A stretch of 64,000 bases of DNA from assembly GCA_964401485.1 (NCBI GenBank), contig CAYNYL010000006.1, positions 4,208-68,207 on the forward strand, written 5' to 3'. The stretch is from an uncultured Gammaproteobacteria bacterium (GTDB lineage: Bacteria; Patescibacteriota; Patescibacteriia; UBA9934). Both the position numbers and the translations under genes were made by a program. Below are positions 17,644 to 27,351 of this stretch, piece after piece. Every line of letters begins with the position of its first letter. Positions within the stretch are counted from its first letter, which is position 1. The notes below the pieces were generated by a model that was not told the DNA's origin, did no database searches, and was given only the letters and a program-made list of their open reading frames with translations.

Positions 17644-19707
17644 TTGTCATGTTATACTAAAAAACGGTATTTTTCTATGCGCCTCCTCTCCCCCCTCTCT
17701 ACGACCCCATTTCTCCTCATTTTTGGGGTAGGAACGCTCCTAAACGGCCTTTTTTTGCGGTCCCCTGGGCTTGGGCTCATTTTTCTTATCGTTCTTGGTC
17801 TCGGAGCAGCAAAACGGCTCGGAAACCCCTTCGAGGGCGGGCTCATTCTTCTAAGTAGCATTATGCTCTTTTTTACGGGAGCATTCTACCTCGTCGACAT
17901 CCCCCGCCTTTTCTTTGCAGGAGCATTCCTCTTCTTCCTTTTTGGACTCATGCTTTTGCGACGCACAAGCGTCAAACGCGAATCGGAACGCGCCCCTCTT
18001 CTCTTTTATCCGCTCTGCCTCGCAACTGCCGTCCTCACCGCCCTCTTTTTCAATGCGGTCGCCCCTTTCGCAACGGAGCTTGCAACTCGCTCCCCTTGGC
18101 TCCTTCTCCCGCCATCAATCCTTCTTTATCCATTTTTCATCGGGATCCTTGCAACCATTACCGCCTTTGTCGCGGACGTGCGTCGAGGTGCGCTCCCGCT
18201 AATCCTTATTTCGGCGATCGGAACACTCCTCGCCTTCACCCTTTTCCCTCTCGGATACGGTTTTGACCCTTTCATTCACGAAGCAACGATTCGCCACATC
18301 CTTACCTTCGGAACGATTGATCCAAAACCGCTCTACTATATCGGACAGTACGCGCTCGAGCTTTTCCTTGTTCATCTTTTTGCGCTCGACCTTACGCTTC
18401 TCAACCAACTTCTCCTTCCGGTTCTCGCAATCCTCACCCTCCCGTTCGCGCTAAGCGCGGGGCTTCGCGGGGCTGGTGTAAAACAGGGGTTCGCTCTCCT
18501 TAGCCTCGTCGCCCTTCCATTCGGCGCGTTTATCATGACAACTCCGCAGGGGCTCGGCTATCTCTTTAGCGCCGTGATTTTATTTCTCACCCTTCCCGCT
18601 CTCGTCCGAGAACCACTCCCCGTACGACACGTAACGATCGCCCTCCTCGCGCTTGCGACACTCGCGATCCACCCGCTCGCCGGAATCCCAATCATTCTCT
18701 ATCTCGCACTCCTCTATACACGCACACGCATTCCACGCCTAAGCGCACTGATCGTTGTCGCTACTCCCCTTGCCCTTCCGCTCGTCTTCACTCTGCAAAG
18801 CGCTCTTTCGGGTAACGCAATCTCCATCCATTTGGACCGCATTCTCCCGTCGATTGCGTCCCTTCCTTTTGGATTTTTGACAACCCACTACGATCCGATT
18901 CTTGACCTACTCTATTTCTTTGGAGCGAATATTCTTCCGCTCCTGCTCCTCGTATCGCTTAGCCTTCTTTACACACTCCGCTCACACAAGGACCGCTCCC
19001 TTCTTCGAACCCCACTCCTCTTTGCTTTTCTTCTTTTCCTTTCCTCCCTCCTCCTTCGCGCCCTGTCGTTTGACTACCTCGCCGAACATGAACGTAACGA
19101 CTTTGCGGAGCGACTTTACGTCTTAATGACTCTGTTCCTTCTTCCGTCGCTCGCCGTTCTCTTTGATTCGATCCGCACCCGAATTCGCGGCCCTCTCCAT
19201 CTCACCGTCTTTACGCTCTTTGTTGCCACGCTGTTCACCGGAAACCTTTACCAAAGCTACCCTCGTCACGACGGGTATGCCCGCTCCGGTGGCTTTACGA
19301 TTTCGGCCTACGACCTCCTAACTGTGAGTGCGATTGAAGAAGATGCAAATGGCGCCCCCTACCTTGTCCTCGCAAACCAAGCCGTTTCCGCTGTAGCGCT
19401 TCGCGAATTTGGATTTAACAACCGCTACTACAACAACTCTTTCTTCTACCCGATTCCAACGGGAGGAAAACTCTACGAGCGCTACCTTGCAATGAATGAA
19501 TCTCCAACAAAAGAGAACGCAAAAAGCGCGATGGATCTTCTTTCGATCGACCGCGCCTACTTTGTCGTGAATGACTACTGGTGGGACAAGGAGCGTATTG
19601 TTGAGCAAGCAAAACTCGAATCAGATAGCTGGTTCGCAATCGGTGACGAACACCTATTTGTGTTTCTCTTTACGCGCGAGGAGGATTCGCTCGAATCGGT
19701 CCGTTAA
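17644..19707 (+). CDS. Large polytopic membrane protein (687 aa), putative second GT-C family glycosyltransferase or oligosaccharyltransferase-like
   Basis: More than 12 N-terminal TM helices plus a ~200-aa C-terminal soluble domain. It diverges from the 16072-17640 gene with a 3-bp gap, and its 3' end overlaps the convergent GT4 gene by 54 bp. Confidence 0.5.
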   Translation: MSCYTKKRYFSMRLLSPLSTTPFLLIFGVGTLLNGLFLRSPGLGLIFLIVLGLGAAKRLGNPFEGGLILLSSIMLFFTGAFYLVDIPRLFFAGAFLFFLFGLMLLRRTSVKRESERAPLLFYPLCLATAVLTALFFNAVAPFATELATRSPWLLLPPSILLYPFFIGILATITAFVADVRRGALPLILISAIGTLLAFTLFPLGYGFDPFIHEATIRHILTFGTIDPKPLYYIGQYALELFLVHLFALDLTLLNQLLLPVLAILTLPFALSAGLRGAGVKQGFALLSLVALPFGAFIMTTPQGLGYLFSAVILFLTLPALVREPLPVRHVTIALLALATLAIHPLAGIPIILYLALLYTRTRIPRLSALIVVATPLALPLVFTLQSALSGNAISIHLDRILPSIASLPFGFLTTHYDPILDLLYFFGANILPLLLLVSLSLLYTLRSHKDRSLLRTPLLFAFLLFLSSLLLRALSFDYLAEHERNDFAERLYVLMTLFLLPSLAVLFDSIRTRIRGPLHLTVFTLFVATLFTGNLYQSYPRHDGYARSGGFTISAYDLLTVSAIEEDANGAPYLVLANQAVSAVALREFGFNNRYYNNSFFYPIPTGGKLYERYLAMNESPTKENAKSAMDLLSIDRAYFVVNDYWWDKERIVEQAKLESDSWFAIGDEHLFVFLFTREEDSLESVR

Positions 19708-20871
19708 CCGCGACACGTAGTTCGAGAGTCCGTAATCGGATACCGTTGATTTAATCACCTCTTGCGATTGATAGTACAAATCGCGCTTCTCCATTACGTT
19801 TCTTACCGCTCGGCAATAATCCGCCAAATTCCCCGGTTCAAACATTACGCCGTTTTTTGGCTCCTGTATTAGTTCTCCAACTCCGCCAATATCCGCAGCA
19901 ACAACCGGAACCCCAGCCTGTAAACTTTCGTAAATTACCGTCGGGGAATTTTCATAGCAAAGCGACGGGACAACAAGCGCGTCCGCGATACCAAAGCAAC
20001 TTATGAGTTGGTCGATCGCGATATACCCGAGGTACGTAATCCGCTTATCCGCCTTTGCGGCCGCCGAAACCTCAGCGGAAAGCGTTCCTTCTCCCGCGAT
20101 AATAAGCTCCACTTCCGGCGGAAGCTCCTTCATCGCTTCAAGAAGAAGTCGAATCCCTTTGTGATACTCGAGCTGCCCAACAAAGAGAAGACGGAAATGT
20201 CCCTCTGGCTTTCCGGTACGAAGCACTGCCTGAAACTCCGGCGCTGGATTTGGAAGCACCTCTACTTTTGAATGTTTAAAAAATCCGTGCTTAAGATATT
20301 CATCCTTAAGAAATTGTGAGGGGAAAATAACAAGGTCTGGTTGGCCAAGAAGCATCCGACACACAAATCGATAGACGCCATATACAGGCGCGAAGATGCG
20401 TGGCTTCTTCTCTTCTCCTGCAAAGAGGAGCCCGGACGGATAGATGAGTTGGAGGTCATGCACGACGTGAACATGGGCGAGGCGCAGTTTTCGAATCGCT
20501 CCCGGAATTCGAAGACCGATACCTTTGAGATTATGTGTCACAACTACATCTGGCTGTTCGCCAGAAAGAATTTCTTCTACGCGCCTTGCCGGATAAGGAG
20601 AAAACGCGTCTATGATATGCCAAAGCAACCGCTTCAGGACGGGTTGCTTATAGTCATCAAGCAAATAGTAGAGATTTTTTGGATAGAATCGATAGACTGG
20701 TTCGGCATTTCGAGACGTTTCAATTGCATCATTCGCGGTTTTTCGGCGCGTTGAAATAACAAACGCGTCATGACCTCGTTCGCTCAATCCCTCAACCGTC
20801 CGTACAACAACGTGCTCGGCGCCACCTCGGACATAGGGAGGATAAAGATTCGATATAAAGCCAATCTTCAT
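19654..20871 (-). CDS. Glycosyltransferase family 4 (GT-B fold). Likely start MKIGFISN at 20871.
   Basis: N-terminal YPPYVRGGAEHVV and C-terminal E-x7-E-like region (PSLCYENSPTVIYESLQAGVPVVAADIGG). Confidence 0.8.
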   Translation of the reverse strand: MKIGFISNLYPPYVRGGAEHVVVRTVEGLSERGHDAFVISTRRKTANDAIETSRNAEPVYRFYPKNLYYLLDDYKQPVLKRLLWHIIDAFSPYPARRVEEILSGEQPDVVVTHNLKGIGLRIPGAIRKLRLAHVHVVHDLQLIYPSGLLFAGEEKKPRIFAPVYGVYRFVCRMLLGQPDLVIFPSQFLKDEYLKHGFFKHSKVEVLPNPAPEFQAVLRTGKPEGHFRLLFVGQLEYHKGIRLLLEAMKELPPEVELIIAGEGTLSAEVSAAAKADKRITYLGYIAIDQLISCFGIADALVVPSLCYENSPTVIYESLQAGVPVVAADIGGVGELIQEPKNGVMFEPGNLADYCRAVRNVMEKRDLYYQSQEVIKSTVSDYGLSNYVSRLTDRFERILLARKEKHK

Positions 20872-21917
20872 ATAACCTCGTTGTAACATGATTCTAGCCG
20901 ATCGAACAGCACGGCCGGCGCATAGCGCTCGCGAGCTCTCACCGAAGCATTTCGGCCAAGGAGCGCAAGGCGATCGGGGCTTGCGAGGACCTCGTTAAGA
21001 AGAACGGCGAGCCGATCCGCATCCGAAGGCGGGGTAATAAACCCGGTAACACCGTGTTCAACGACCGTTCGCACTCCCGGGAGATCCGAAACAATCGAGG
21101 GCGTCCCGCTAAGCGCAGACTCAACCGTCACAATACCGAATGCTTCCGCCTTTGTCGTCGATGGAAGAAGGTGCACCCAGGCTCGCCGATAGGCTTTCGC
21201 TTTATCTTCGTCGGACAGCGCGCCGAGAAAACGAACGCGATCTTGAAGCCCGAGACGCTTCGCCAACGTCTCAAACACCCCTCGCAAATTTCCGTCCCCA
21301 ACAAGTTCAAGAACAACCCCAGGGGTTGAAACATGGACCAGGGCACGAAGGAGAATCGGAATCCCTTTAAAATAATGTGCGCTATCCATTCCCCCGACAA
21401 ATAACAGTGTTGGTTGGCTCGCACGTTCAAGCGCATTTGGAAAAAAGAGATGTTCATCCGCTCCAAACGGAAGCTCAATAACGGACGGGTGCACCACCCC
21501 TTGTGCCGAAAGATAATCCGCACTACTTACAAACAACCGTTTTGCGGTGCGCAAAATTGGCCCCTCGCCAAGAATCCGACTAAGCCAAAAAATCCATCCC
21601 TTTATTCCAGTCCCGGTCGCGCGCATGTGAAACGTTGCAACAAGCGGGATTTTGAATAGTCGACAAGCAATCGCTGTAAACACCTGTGCCCCGTAAAACG
21701 GATAGTGAAGATGAACAAGGTCAAATGACCGCAATCGCCAAAGGAGACTAAAAAATAGTCGCGCGTTTCCAAAACGAAGCGCCACCCGATCGCTTCCCGA
21801 ATGAAAAACAACAACTTCGTGCCCACGGGCGCGTAGTGCCTCCGTGTAATCCTTTGCGACCTGACCAATTCCTCCTCGCTCCGGCGGATAGACGCAAACA
21901 ACCTGTGCGATTCTCAT
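20868..21917 (-). CDS. Glycosyltransferase family 1/4 (GT-B fold). Likely start MRIAQVV at 21917.
   Basis: VYPPERGGIGQVAKDY N-terminal motif; C-terminal LLPSTTKAEAFGIVTVESALSGTPSIVSDLPG. Confidence 0.8.
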   Translation of the reverse strand: MRIAQVVCVYPPERGGIGQVAKDYTEALRARGHEVVVFHSGSDRVALRFGNARLFFSLLWRLRSFDLVHLHYPFYGAQVFTAIACRLFKIPLVATFHMRATGTGIKGWIFWLSRILGEGPILRTAKRLFVSSADYLSAQGVVHPSVIELPFGADEHLFFPNALERASQPTLLFVGGMDSAHYFKGIPILLRALVHVSTPGVVLELVGDGNLRGVFETLAKRLGLQDRVRFLGALSDEDKAKAYRRAWVHLLPSTTKAEAFGIVTVESALSGTPSIVSDLPGVRTVVEHGVTGFITPPSDADRLAVLLNEVLASPDRLALLGRNASVRARERYAPAVLFDRLESCYNEVI

Positions 21918-21918
21918 A

Positions 21919-22995
21919 CTACCAACGAACAACGAATTGAATCCCCTTTGTTAAAAGCGTAAGTACTGGGTTCGCGAACCGTTCAACGATAAAACTCGAT
22001 TGCTCCTGCGCCTCGATGCGCCCCGAAAAAAGCGCGACAAGTTCGCGATCCGAAATCACACGAAGGCGCTTTGTGCGGGTGCGAATGGAAAAAATCAGCC
22101 GGTACGTACGAAGCCGAAGCCACTCACGCCAAGCCCAACGCTTCGCCGAAAACCACCCACCTTTTATCGCAAGAAGAGTCGTCGCCCCCTCGACCGCAAC
22201 CAAGATCGGTAAAACAAGAAGGAGCGTCAGGGGCTTCAAATATCCAAACAATACAACGTGGCGATAGAGCTCCATCCAAGCAAATTTTTTCGGGTTGCGC
22301 GTAAAGGCGTAGTCGTGGAGCGCCAGCGCCTTTGACGCGAGAACGTTACGATACCCCGCGATACGAAATCGGAGTCCCCACTCAAGGTCTTCGTGATACA
22401 TGAAGAACCGATCCTCGAGTAGACCCACCTCCTTAATCACGGAGGTCTTTACAAGAAGGGCCGCACCCGTCGCATACGTTACGTCCTCTACCTCTTCAAA
22501 CACTCTCTGCGAACGCTTCGTCCCATTATCACGCGCATACCCAAAACCAGCGATATGAACGATTCCCCCGCTCACGTTAATCACCTCAGGCGATTTCATA
22601 TGTAGTACGAGCGGTTGAACGCTCGCGATCTTCTCGTCCCCTTCCGCAACCGCCACCATTCGCTCAATCGTTTCAGGTTCTAAAACGAGGTCTCCGTTGT
22701 GAAGAAGAATGTACTCATACCCTCGCTCAATCGCCCAAGTGATCGCTAAATTATTCCCTCCCGAAAATCCGTGATTCTTTCCATCATCAAGAAGCACCAC
22801 TTCCGGTAAATCCTTCTTCGAGCGCGGAAGAAATTCCGTTTGAACGATCTCGCTCGCGTTTCCCGTCGATCCATTTGGAATACAAACAAATGTCAGAGCC
22901 TCTTTCGGGTAAGTTTGCGAAGCGATCCCATCCGCAACCATCCGCATGTACTCCTCGGCCCCATAACAAAGATAGAGGATGGCAACGCGCTTCAT
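21919..22995 (-). CDS. Glycosyltransferase family 2. Likely start MKRVAILY at 22995.
   Basis: VAILYLCYGAE...LLDDGKNHGFSGGNN and a DxD-like HNGDLVLEP motif; GT-A fold. Confidence 0.75.
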   Translation of the reverse strand: MKRVAILYLCYGAEEYMRMVADGIASQTYPKEALTFVCIPNGSTGNASEIVQTEFLPRSKKDLPEVVLLDDGKNHGFSGGNNLAITWAIERGYEYILLHNGDLVLEPETIERMVAVAEGDEKIASVQPLVLHMKSPEVINVSGGIVHIAGFGYARDNGTKRSQRVFEEVEDVTYATGAALLVKTSVIKEVGLLEDRFFMYHEDLEWGLRFRIAGYRNVLASKALALHDYAFTRNPKKFAWMELYRHVVLFGYLKPLTLLLVLPILVAVEGATTLLAIKGGWFSAKRWAWREWLRLRTYRLIFSIRTRTKRLRVISDRELVALFSGRIEAQEQSSFIVERFANPVLTLLTKGIQFVVRW

Positions 22996-22996
22996 A

Positions 22997-23329
22997 TTAT
23001 TCTGGACGCTTAGCATCACGAATTGCGATCTCGCGCGTTAAATTCGTAATCTCTTTTCGGAGACTCTCTTGCTTCACCATGATTCGATAATTTACGTAAA
23101 ACAACAAGACGAGCGCGAGGTAGACAAGGAGATCCGCTCCCCGTCCAACTCCAACAAATTTTGCAACAATATCCGTCGATTCCGGTGTAATCGCAACGGC
23201 AATGACAAGAAGCCAGCCGATGCTCCAAATCGTCATCCACCACTTGCTTACCCGCTCTGCACGGAATTGGCGATAACTATGAAAAAGCGCAAAGACTGCA
23301 AACGTAACAAGAAGAATTTGAAAAATCAT
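22997..23329 (-). CDS. DUF2304/GtrA-like small membrane protein, commonly paired with polyprenyl-phosphate glycosyltransferases
   Basis: 110 aa with three or four TM helices followed by a short basic cytoplasmic tail. It is sandwiched between the two GT2 genes with 4-nt overlaps. Confidence 0.55.
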   Translation of the reverse strand: MIFQILLVTFAVFALFHSYRQFRAERVSKWWMTIWSIGWLLVIAVAITPESTDIVAKFVGVGRGADLLVYLALVLLFYVNYRIMVKQESLRKEITNLTREIAIRDAKRPE

Positions 23330-24009
23330 AGTTCATCAAAAAATTTATCATGGAAAAAATCCGCAAGGATCTTAAAGCCACCCATGAATGACTGTCCTTT
23401 TTTTAGCGTCTCGTCGGTATATCGGATCGTCACCGGTCGCTCAACGTACCTCAAGCGTCCAACAACAATCTCGTCGAGGATTTCGGACGCATGAGCCATT
23501 CGGTCGAGCGTGATACGCAACTTTTCCGCCGTCTTTCTTGAGAGCGCGCGAAACCCGTTGTGCGTATCGGTAAGTCGAATCCCAGAAATCAACATCGTAA
23601 AAAGAAGGGCCGGCTTAAGGGTTAACCACTTACGAATAAATGGCATCGACGTTCCTCCGCGAAGAAAGCGAGAACCGAGCACAATATCCGCCTCTCCCTT
23701 CGCGATCGGATCCACAAGTCGCGCAATCTCGTCACCCCGCATCTGCCCATCCGCGTCAAAATGAACGATAATATCCGCGTCGAGGTGCCGAAGCGCATAG
23801 TCGGTCGCCGTTTGAAGCGCCGCCCCCTGACCTCGGTTGATCGGATGACGAAGAACGATCGCCCCCGTCGAAAGTGCAACGTCACCCGTTTCGTCAGACG
23901 AGCAATCGTCAACAACGACAACAAAATCGACAAATGCCTTTGCATCCAAAATCGCCTCCCGAACCCTTGTCCCCTCATTATACGCGGGAATGACAGCAAC
24001 GATTTTCAT
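23326..24009 (-). CDS. GT2 polyprenyl-phosphate sugar synthase (DPM1/GtrB/ArnC-like)
   Basis: MKIVAVIPAYNEGTRVREAI...VVVVDDCSSDET...HFDADGQ (DAD motif). Confidence 0.85.
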   Translation of the reverse strand: MKIVAVIPAYNEGTRVREAILDAKAFVDFVVVVDDCSSDETGDVALSTGAIVLRHPINRGQGAALQTATDYALRHLDADIIVHFDADGQMRGDEIARLVDPIAKGEADIVLGSRFLRGGTSMPFIRKWLTLKPALLFTMLISGIRLTDTHNGFRALSRKTAEKLRITLDRMAHASEILDEIVVGRLRYVERPVTIRYTDETLKKGQSFMGGFKILADFFHDKFFDEL

Positions 24010-24023
24010 AGAAAAACCGTAGC

Positions 24024-25025
24024 TTATTTCGGCTCCGTGGTCAATAATAGCTTGTTCGCACGGATATAATCGATCGTCTTCTTAAGCCCGTCATCCATCT
24101 TTATAAGCGGGGTCCAAGAAAGCGTCTCGCGCGCCTTCGAAATGTCGGCAACCCCCGTCTCGGGCGAAAACATCGGTTCCTCTTGGTAGCTGATCGTTGA
24201 GCTCGACTCCGTAAGCGCTACAATACGCTCGGCGAGCGCGCCAAGCGTCACCGGCGTATCCGATCCAAAGTTTACTGCCGAAGCGACACCATCCTCGCGC
24301 ATAAGCCGAATAAGCCCATTGATTAGGTCCGTAACATAGAGAAGCGAGGTCGTCGCGTCCTTCGAGCCCTTTACAATCACCGGTTCGTTACTTAACGCTT
24401 GAAGAATCATGTCTGGAATTTGGTGACCGTCAAAGACCGGCATACGGGGACCAAACGTACGGAAGATTCGAGCGATCGGCGCAACGATTCCGTAAAGATC
24501 CGCATAGGTTGCAAACATCGTTTCGGCAAACCGCTTCCCCTCGTCGTAACTCGCCCTCGCCGAGAGATGGTCAACAATCCCAAGATCATCTTCACGCAAA
24601 CGCCCATCGCCGTCTCCGTACACAACGGAACTCGAGCAAAGAAGAATCCGTGACTGATACTTCACCGCAACCTCAAGGAGATGATGCGTTCCGATAGAAT
24701 GAGATAGGAGCGACTCAAGACGGTGGTCCGGAAAATGCTCGATCGAGACGGGGGACGCGACGTGATAGATCTCCTGGATTCCATTATGTGCGATCTGAAA
24801 AGATTCAAGTTCAGGCTGTGTTTCTAGATCGAAGGGACGGTTAATATCCAACCGGAGAAACTGAAAATTCGGTTGACGAAGGAACGGATCAATATTGCGG
24901 ACATGTCCCGTTGTAAAATCATCAAGACAAATAACGCGATTCCCTTCGCGAAGGAGTGCCTCACAAAGGAATGACCCGATAAACCCCGCTCCACCGGCAA
25001 CGAGAACGATTTTTGATTGCTCCAT
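24024..25025 (-). CDS. NAD-dependent sugar-nucleotide epimerase/dehydratase, UDP-glucuronate decarboxylase (UXS)-like
   Basis: VLVAGGAGFIGSFLCEALLREGNRVICLDDFTTGHVRNI and YDEGKRFAE (YxxxK). Confidence 0.85.
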   Translation of the reverse strand: MEQSKIVLVAGGAGFIGSFLCEALLREGNRVICLDDFTTGHVRNIDPFLRQPNFQFLRLDINRPFDLETQPELESFQIAHNGIQEIYHVASPVSIEHFPDHRLESLLSHSIGTHHLLEVAVKYQSRILLCSSSVVYGDGDGRLREDDLGIVDHLSARASYDEGKRFAETMFATYADLYGIVAPIARIFRTFGPRMPVFDGHQIPDMILQALSNEPVIVKGSKDATTSLLYVTDLINGLIRLMREDGVASAVNFGSDTPVTLGALAERIVALTESSSTISYQEEPMFSPETGVADISKARETLSWTPLIKMDDGLKKTIDYIRANKLLLTTEPK

Positions 25026-25026
25026 A

Positions 25027-26562
25027 TTACTTAGCTAATGAAGTTCGTTTTTTCATAATGCTTTTATCGACCGCGATAGGGGACTCGATAACCGCGCCTT
25101 CTCCAAACTTTGAAAAGTGCGTCGGCTCGACGTCGATCACGTAGTCCGCCCAGTCCGAGCCATACATTGCGATCGCCACTTCCTCCGTCTTAATGTGCCG
25201 TAAGTAAGGCCGATACGGGTTTTCCGGATTCTGCATCACGGCGAAGACCGCCGGCACCGATTGAATCTTTACGAGCACAACACCATATTTTGGAAGCGCG
25301 ATTCCTCCAAGATCGATCGCTCCAAGTTCCGCATCGGTTACAACTTCGACCGGGGAAAAGTCATCTTCCCACGTAAAGTAACTCTGACTGTTGATAAAAA
25401 TGTAACGCTTTCCCTTTACGACTGCGTAGACAGCGCTTGATCCGGCCGTGCGAATATAACGAGCGTCTTCCCCCGCCTCCTCCGGCGTCACAAATGATTC
25501 GCCTGCGGTCAACGCCTTTGCGACATTAAGTCGCCCCGCACCAAGATGCGCTTTCTCGGGTTCGGTATCCGGAATTGCATCAACGCCAGCCTCAAGCGCA
25601 AGGCGAACTCCGGTCGGAGTCAGATTCGGATACTTCGCGAGAAGAAGTGCCGAGGCGCCAACAACCATCGGGGCGGCAACCGATGTTCCCTGCCAACCAT
25701 TGTCGTAGAAATCATCATATCCGTTCACCGCGTCTTGGTATGAAAGTCCAAAAATCGACACTCCCGGCGCAACAAGATCCGTGCACTCCGATCCATAATT
25801 TGAAAAATCTGCTCGTTCGTCGCGACGATCACTCGCCCCAACCCCGATAACGTAATCATCCTCCCCGCTTCGCAAACAGACCGGATAGACCGTTTTATCA
25901 TTCGCGTTCACATTCGCATTCCCCATCGCCGCCACTATCACAACGCCGCTATGAAATGCATACGCGATCGCATCATTCAAAATATCATCCGACTCGTATC
26001 CCGAGAAACTTAAATTGATAATATCCGCGCCATTTGCAACCGCGTAGTAAATCGCATTCGCGACATCGGTCGAAGAGCCGGCTCCCGCACTATTTAGTCC
26101 GCGAAGCGACATAAGCCTCACCCTCCAGGCGATACCCGATGTCCCAACACTATTATTCCCGAGTGCCCCAACAATCCCCGCAACCATCGTCCCGTGCGTC
26201 ATAGCGATCGGATCGAGCTCATCTTCGGTAACGTCTGGTGTTGGATCATTATCATCTGAAACGAAATCCCACCCATTACGGTCGTCGATAAATCCGTTTT
26301 GATCATTATCGATTCCATCGATCGGATCATCGTTCACCCAAATATTTCCCGCAAGATCCGGGTGGTCAAGATCAATTCCGCTATCGATAATCGCAACAAC
26401 TACGCTCGACGCGTCTGTTTGCGTATCCCAAGCGTCAAAAGCGCCAATCTGCTCCAAATACCACTGATCCGATACGTTCGGATCATTCGATTCGCGCGCT
26501 AAAACCGGAGCACTAATCGCAAACTGACCAAGCAACAAAAGAGACGCGACGAATTGCTTCAT
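25027..26562 (-). CDS. Secreted subtilisin-like serine peptidase (S8) with a C-terminal ~130-aa conserved domain shared with two neighbouring proteins
   Basis: Signal peptide MKQFVASLLLLGQFAISAPVLA. Catalytic triad motifs VAIIDSGIDLDHPDL (D), HGTMVAGIVGA (H) and GTSVAAPMVVGASALL (S). C-terminal domain SSAVYAVVKGKRYIF...VLVKIQSVPAVFAV...DWADYVIDVEP...MKKRTSLAK. Confidence 0.85.
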   Translation of the reverse strand: MKQFVASLLLLGQFAISAPVLARESNDPNVSDQWYLEQIGAFDAWDTQTDASSVVVAIIDSGIDLDHPDLAGNIWVNDDPIDGIDNDQNGFIDDRNGWDFVSDDNDPTPDVTEDELDPIAMTHGTMVAGIVGALGNNSVGTSGIAWRVRLMSLRGLNSAGAGSSTDVANAIYYAVANGADIINLSFSGYESDDILNDAIAYAFHSGVVIVAAMGNANVNANDKTVYPVCLRSGEDDYVIGVGASDRRDERADFSNYGSECTDLVAPGVSIFGLSYQDAVNGYDDFYDNGWQGTSVAAPMVVGASALLLAKYPNLTPTGVRLALEAGVDAIPDTEPEKAHLGAGRLNVAKALTAGESFVTPEEAGEDARYIRTAGSSAVYAVVKGKRYIFINSQSYFTWEDDFSPVEVVTDAELGAIDLGGIALPKYGVVLVKIQSVPAVFAVMQNPENPYRPYLRHIKTEEVAIAMYGSDWADYVIDVEPTHFSKFGEGAVIESPIAVDKSIMKKRTSLAK

Positions 26563-26583
26563 ACGCGCCCATTGTATCACGGT

Positions 26584-27273
26584 TTATCTCAGTCCACACG
26601 TGACCCGCGCCTGCTCAAGGTCGTTACGAAGGGCGGTTTTCAGCTCTTCTTCATCGGTAAGGCGAATCGCATTCTCAAAATAGTCGTACGCGGTATCGCA
26701 TGAGCCGTACTTCAGCTCCCACTCCGCCAAATAGTACATAAACGTTGGATTTTGACCCTCCGCCTGTACAGCGAGATCGAGCAACGCCTTAACGTCATCT
26801 TTACGCTCGCCGTTAGGCGCCTGTTCTTCGATAATCTGGATAAGACTGAGAACATATTGTTGTGAAACAAACATCGAAAGCACTTGACGATAGGCACTCT
26901 CAGCCGTTCGCAAATCACCACGAAGGCGCATTACTTCCGCATACTGCGCCCAAGCGACATAGCTCACAGGACTAAGCTCGAGGTAAGTCTCGTACGTTTC
27001 GGCCGCTGATTTCAAATCCCCAAGGAGCTCATAGTCATAGGCGAGAACGGTATAAAGATCCCAATCCACTTCCCCGACCGACTCTTGCGCCTCGATCGCG
27101 GAACGCGTGACCGCTACACGTTGCTCAACAAGATCGCGCATCTCGGGCGCGAGTTCGATCTCGCGTGTATCAATCAACCCCGTCTCTTCAGGCTTCTTAT
27201 CGCGTGGGAGAATCAAAACCACGAGCACAATAATGACAGCCGGAATAATCCAAAATAGACGTTTTACGTTCAT
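26584..27273 (-). CDS. Membrane-anchored TPR-repeat protein
   Basis: N-terminal TM (LFWIIPAVIIVLVVLIL) followed by several TPR-like helical repeats (YETYLELSP..., AEVMRLRGDLRTAESAYRQ...). Confidence 0.65.
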   Translation of the reverse strand: MNVKRLFWIIPAVIIVLVVLILPRDKKPEETGLIDTREIELAPEMRDLVEQRVAVTRSAIEAQESVGEVDWDLYTVLAYDYELLGDLKSAAETYETYLELSPVSYVAWAQYAEVMRLRGDLRTAESAYRQVLSMFVSQQYVLSLIQIIEEQAPNGERKDDVKALLDLAVQAEGQNPTFMYYLAEWELKYGSCDTAYDYFENAIRLTDEEELKTALRNDLEQARVTCGLR

Positions 27274-27300
27274 ATAGGCGCATCCTACCACGGCGAGCTA

Positions 27301-27336
27301 AAAAAACAAGAAAACCGAGAGGGCTACTCTCGGTTC
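27301..27336 (-). terminator. Rho-independent terminator downstream of the 27352-28920 gene
   Basis: Stem aaccgagag/ctctcggtt (9 bp, 5-nt loop), followed on the minus strand by TTCTTGTTTTTT. Confidence 0.75.
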
Positions 27337-27351
27337 TTGTTTGCTGTATTT

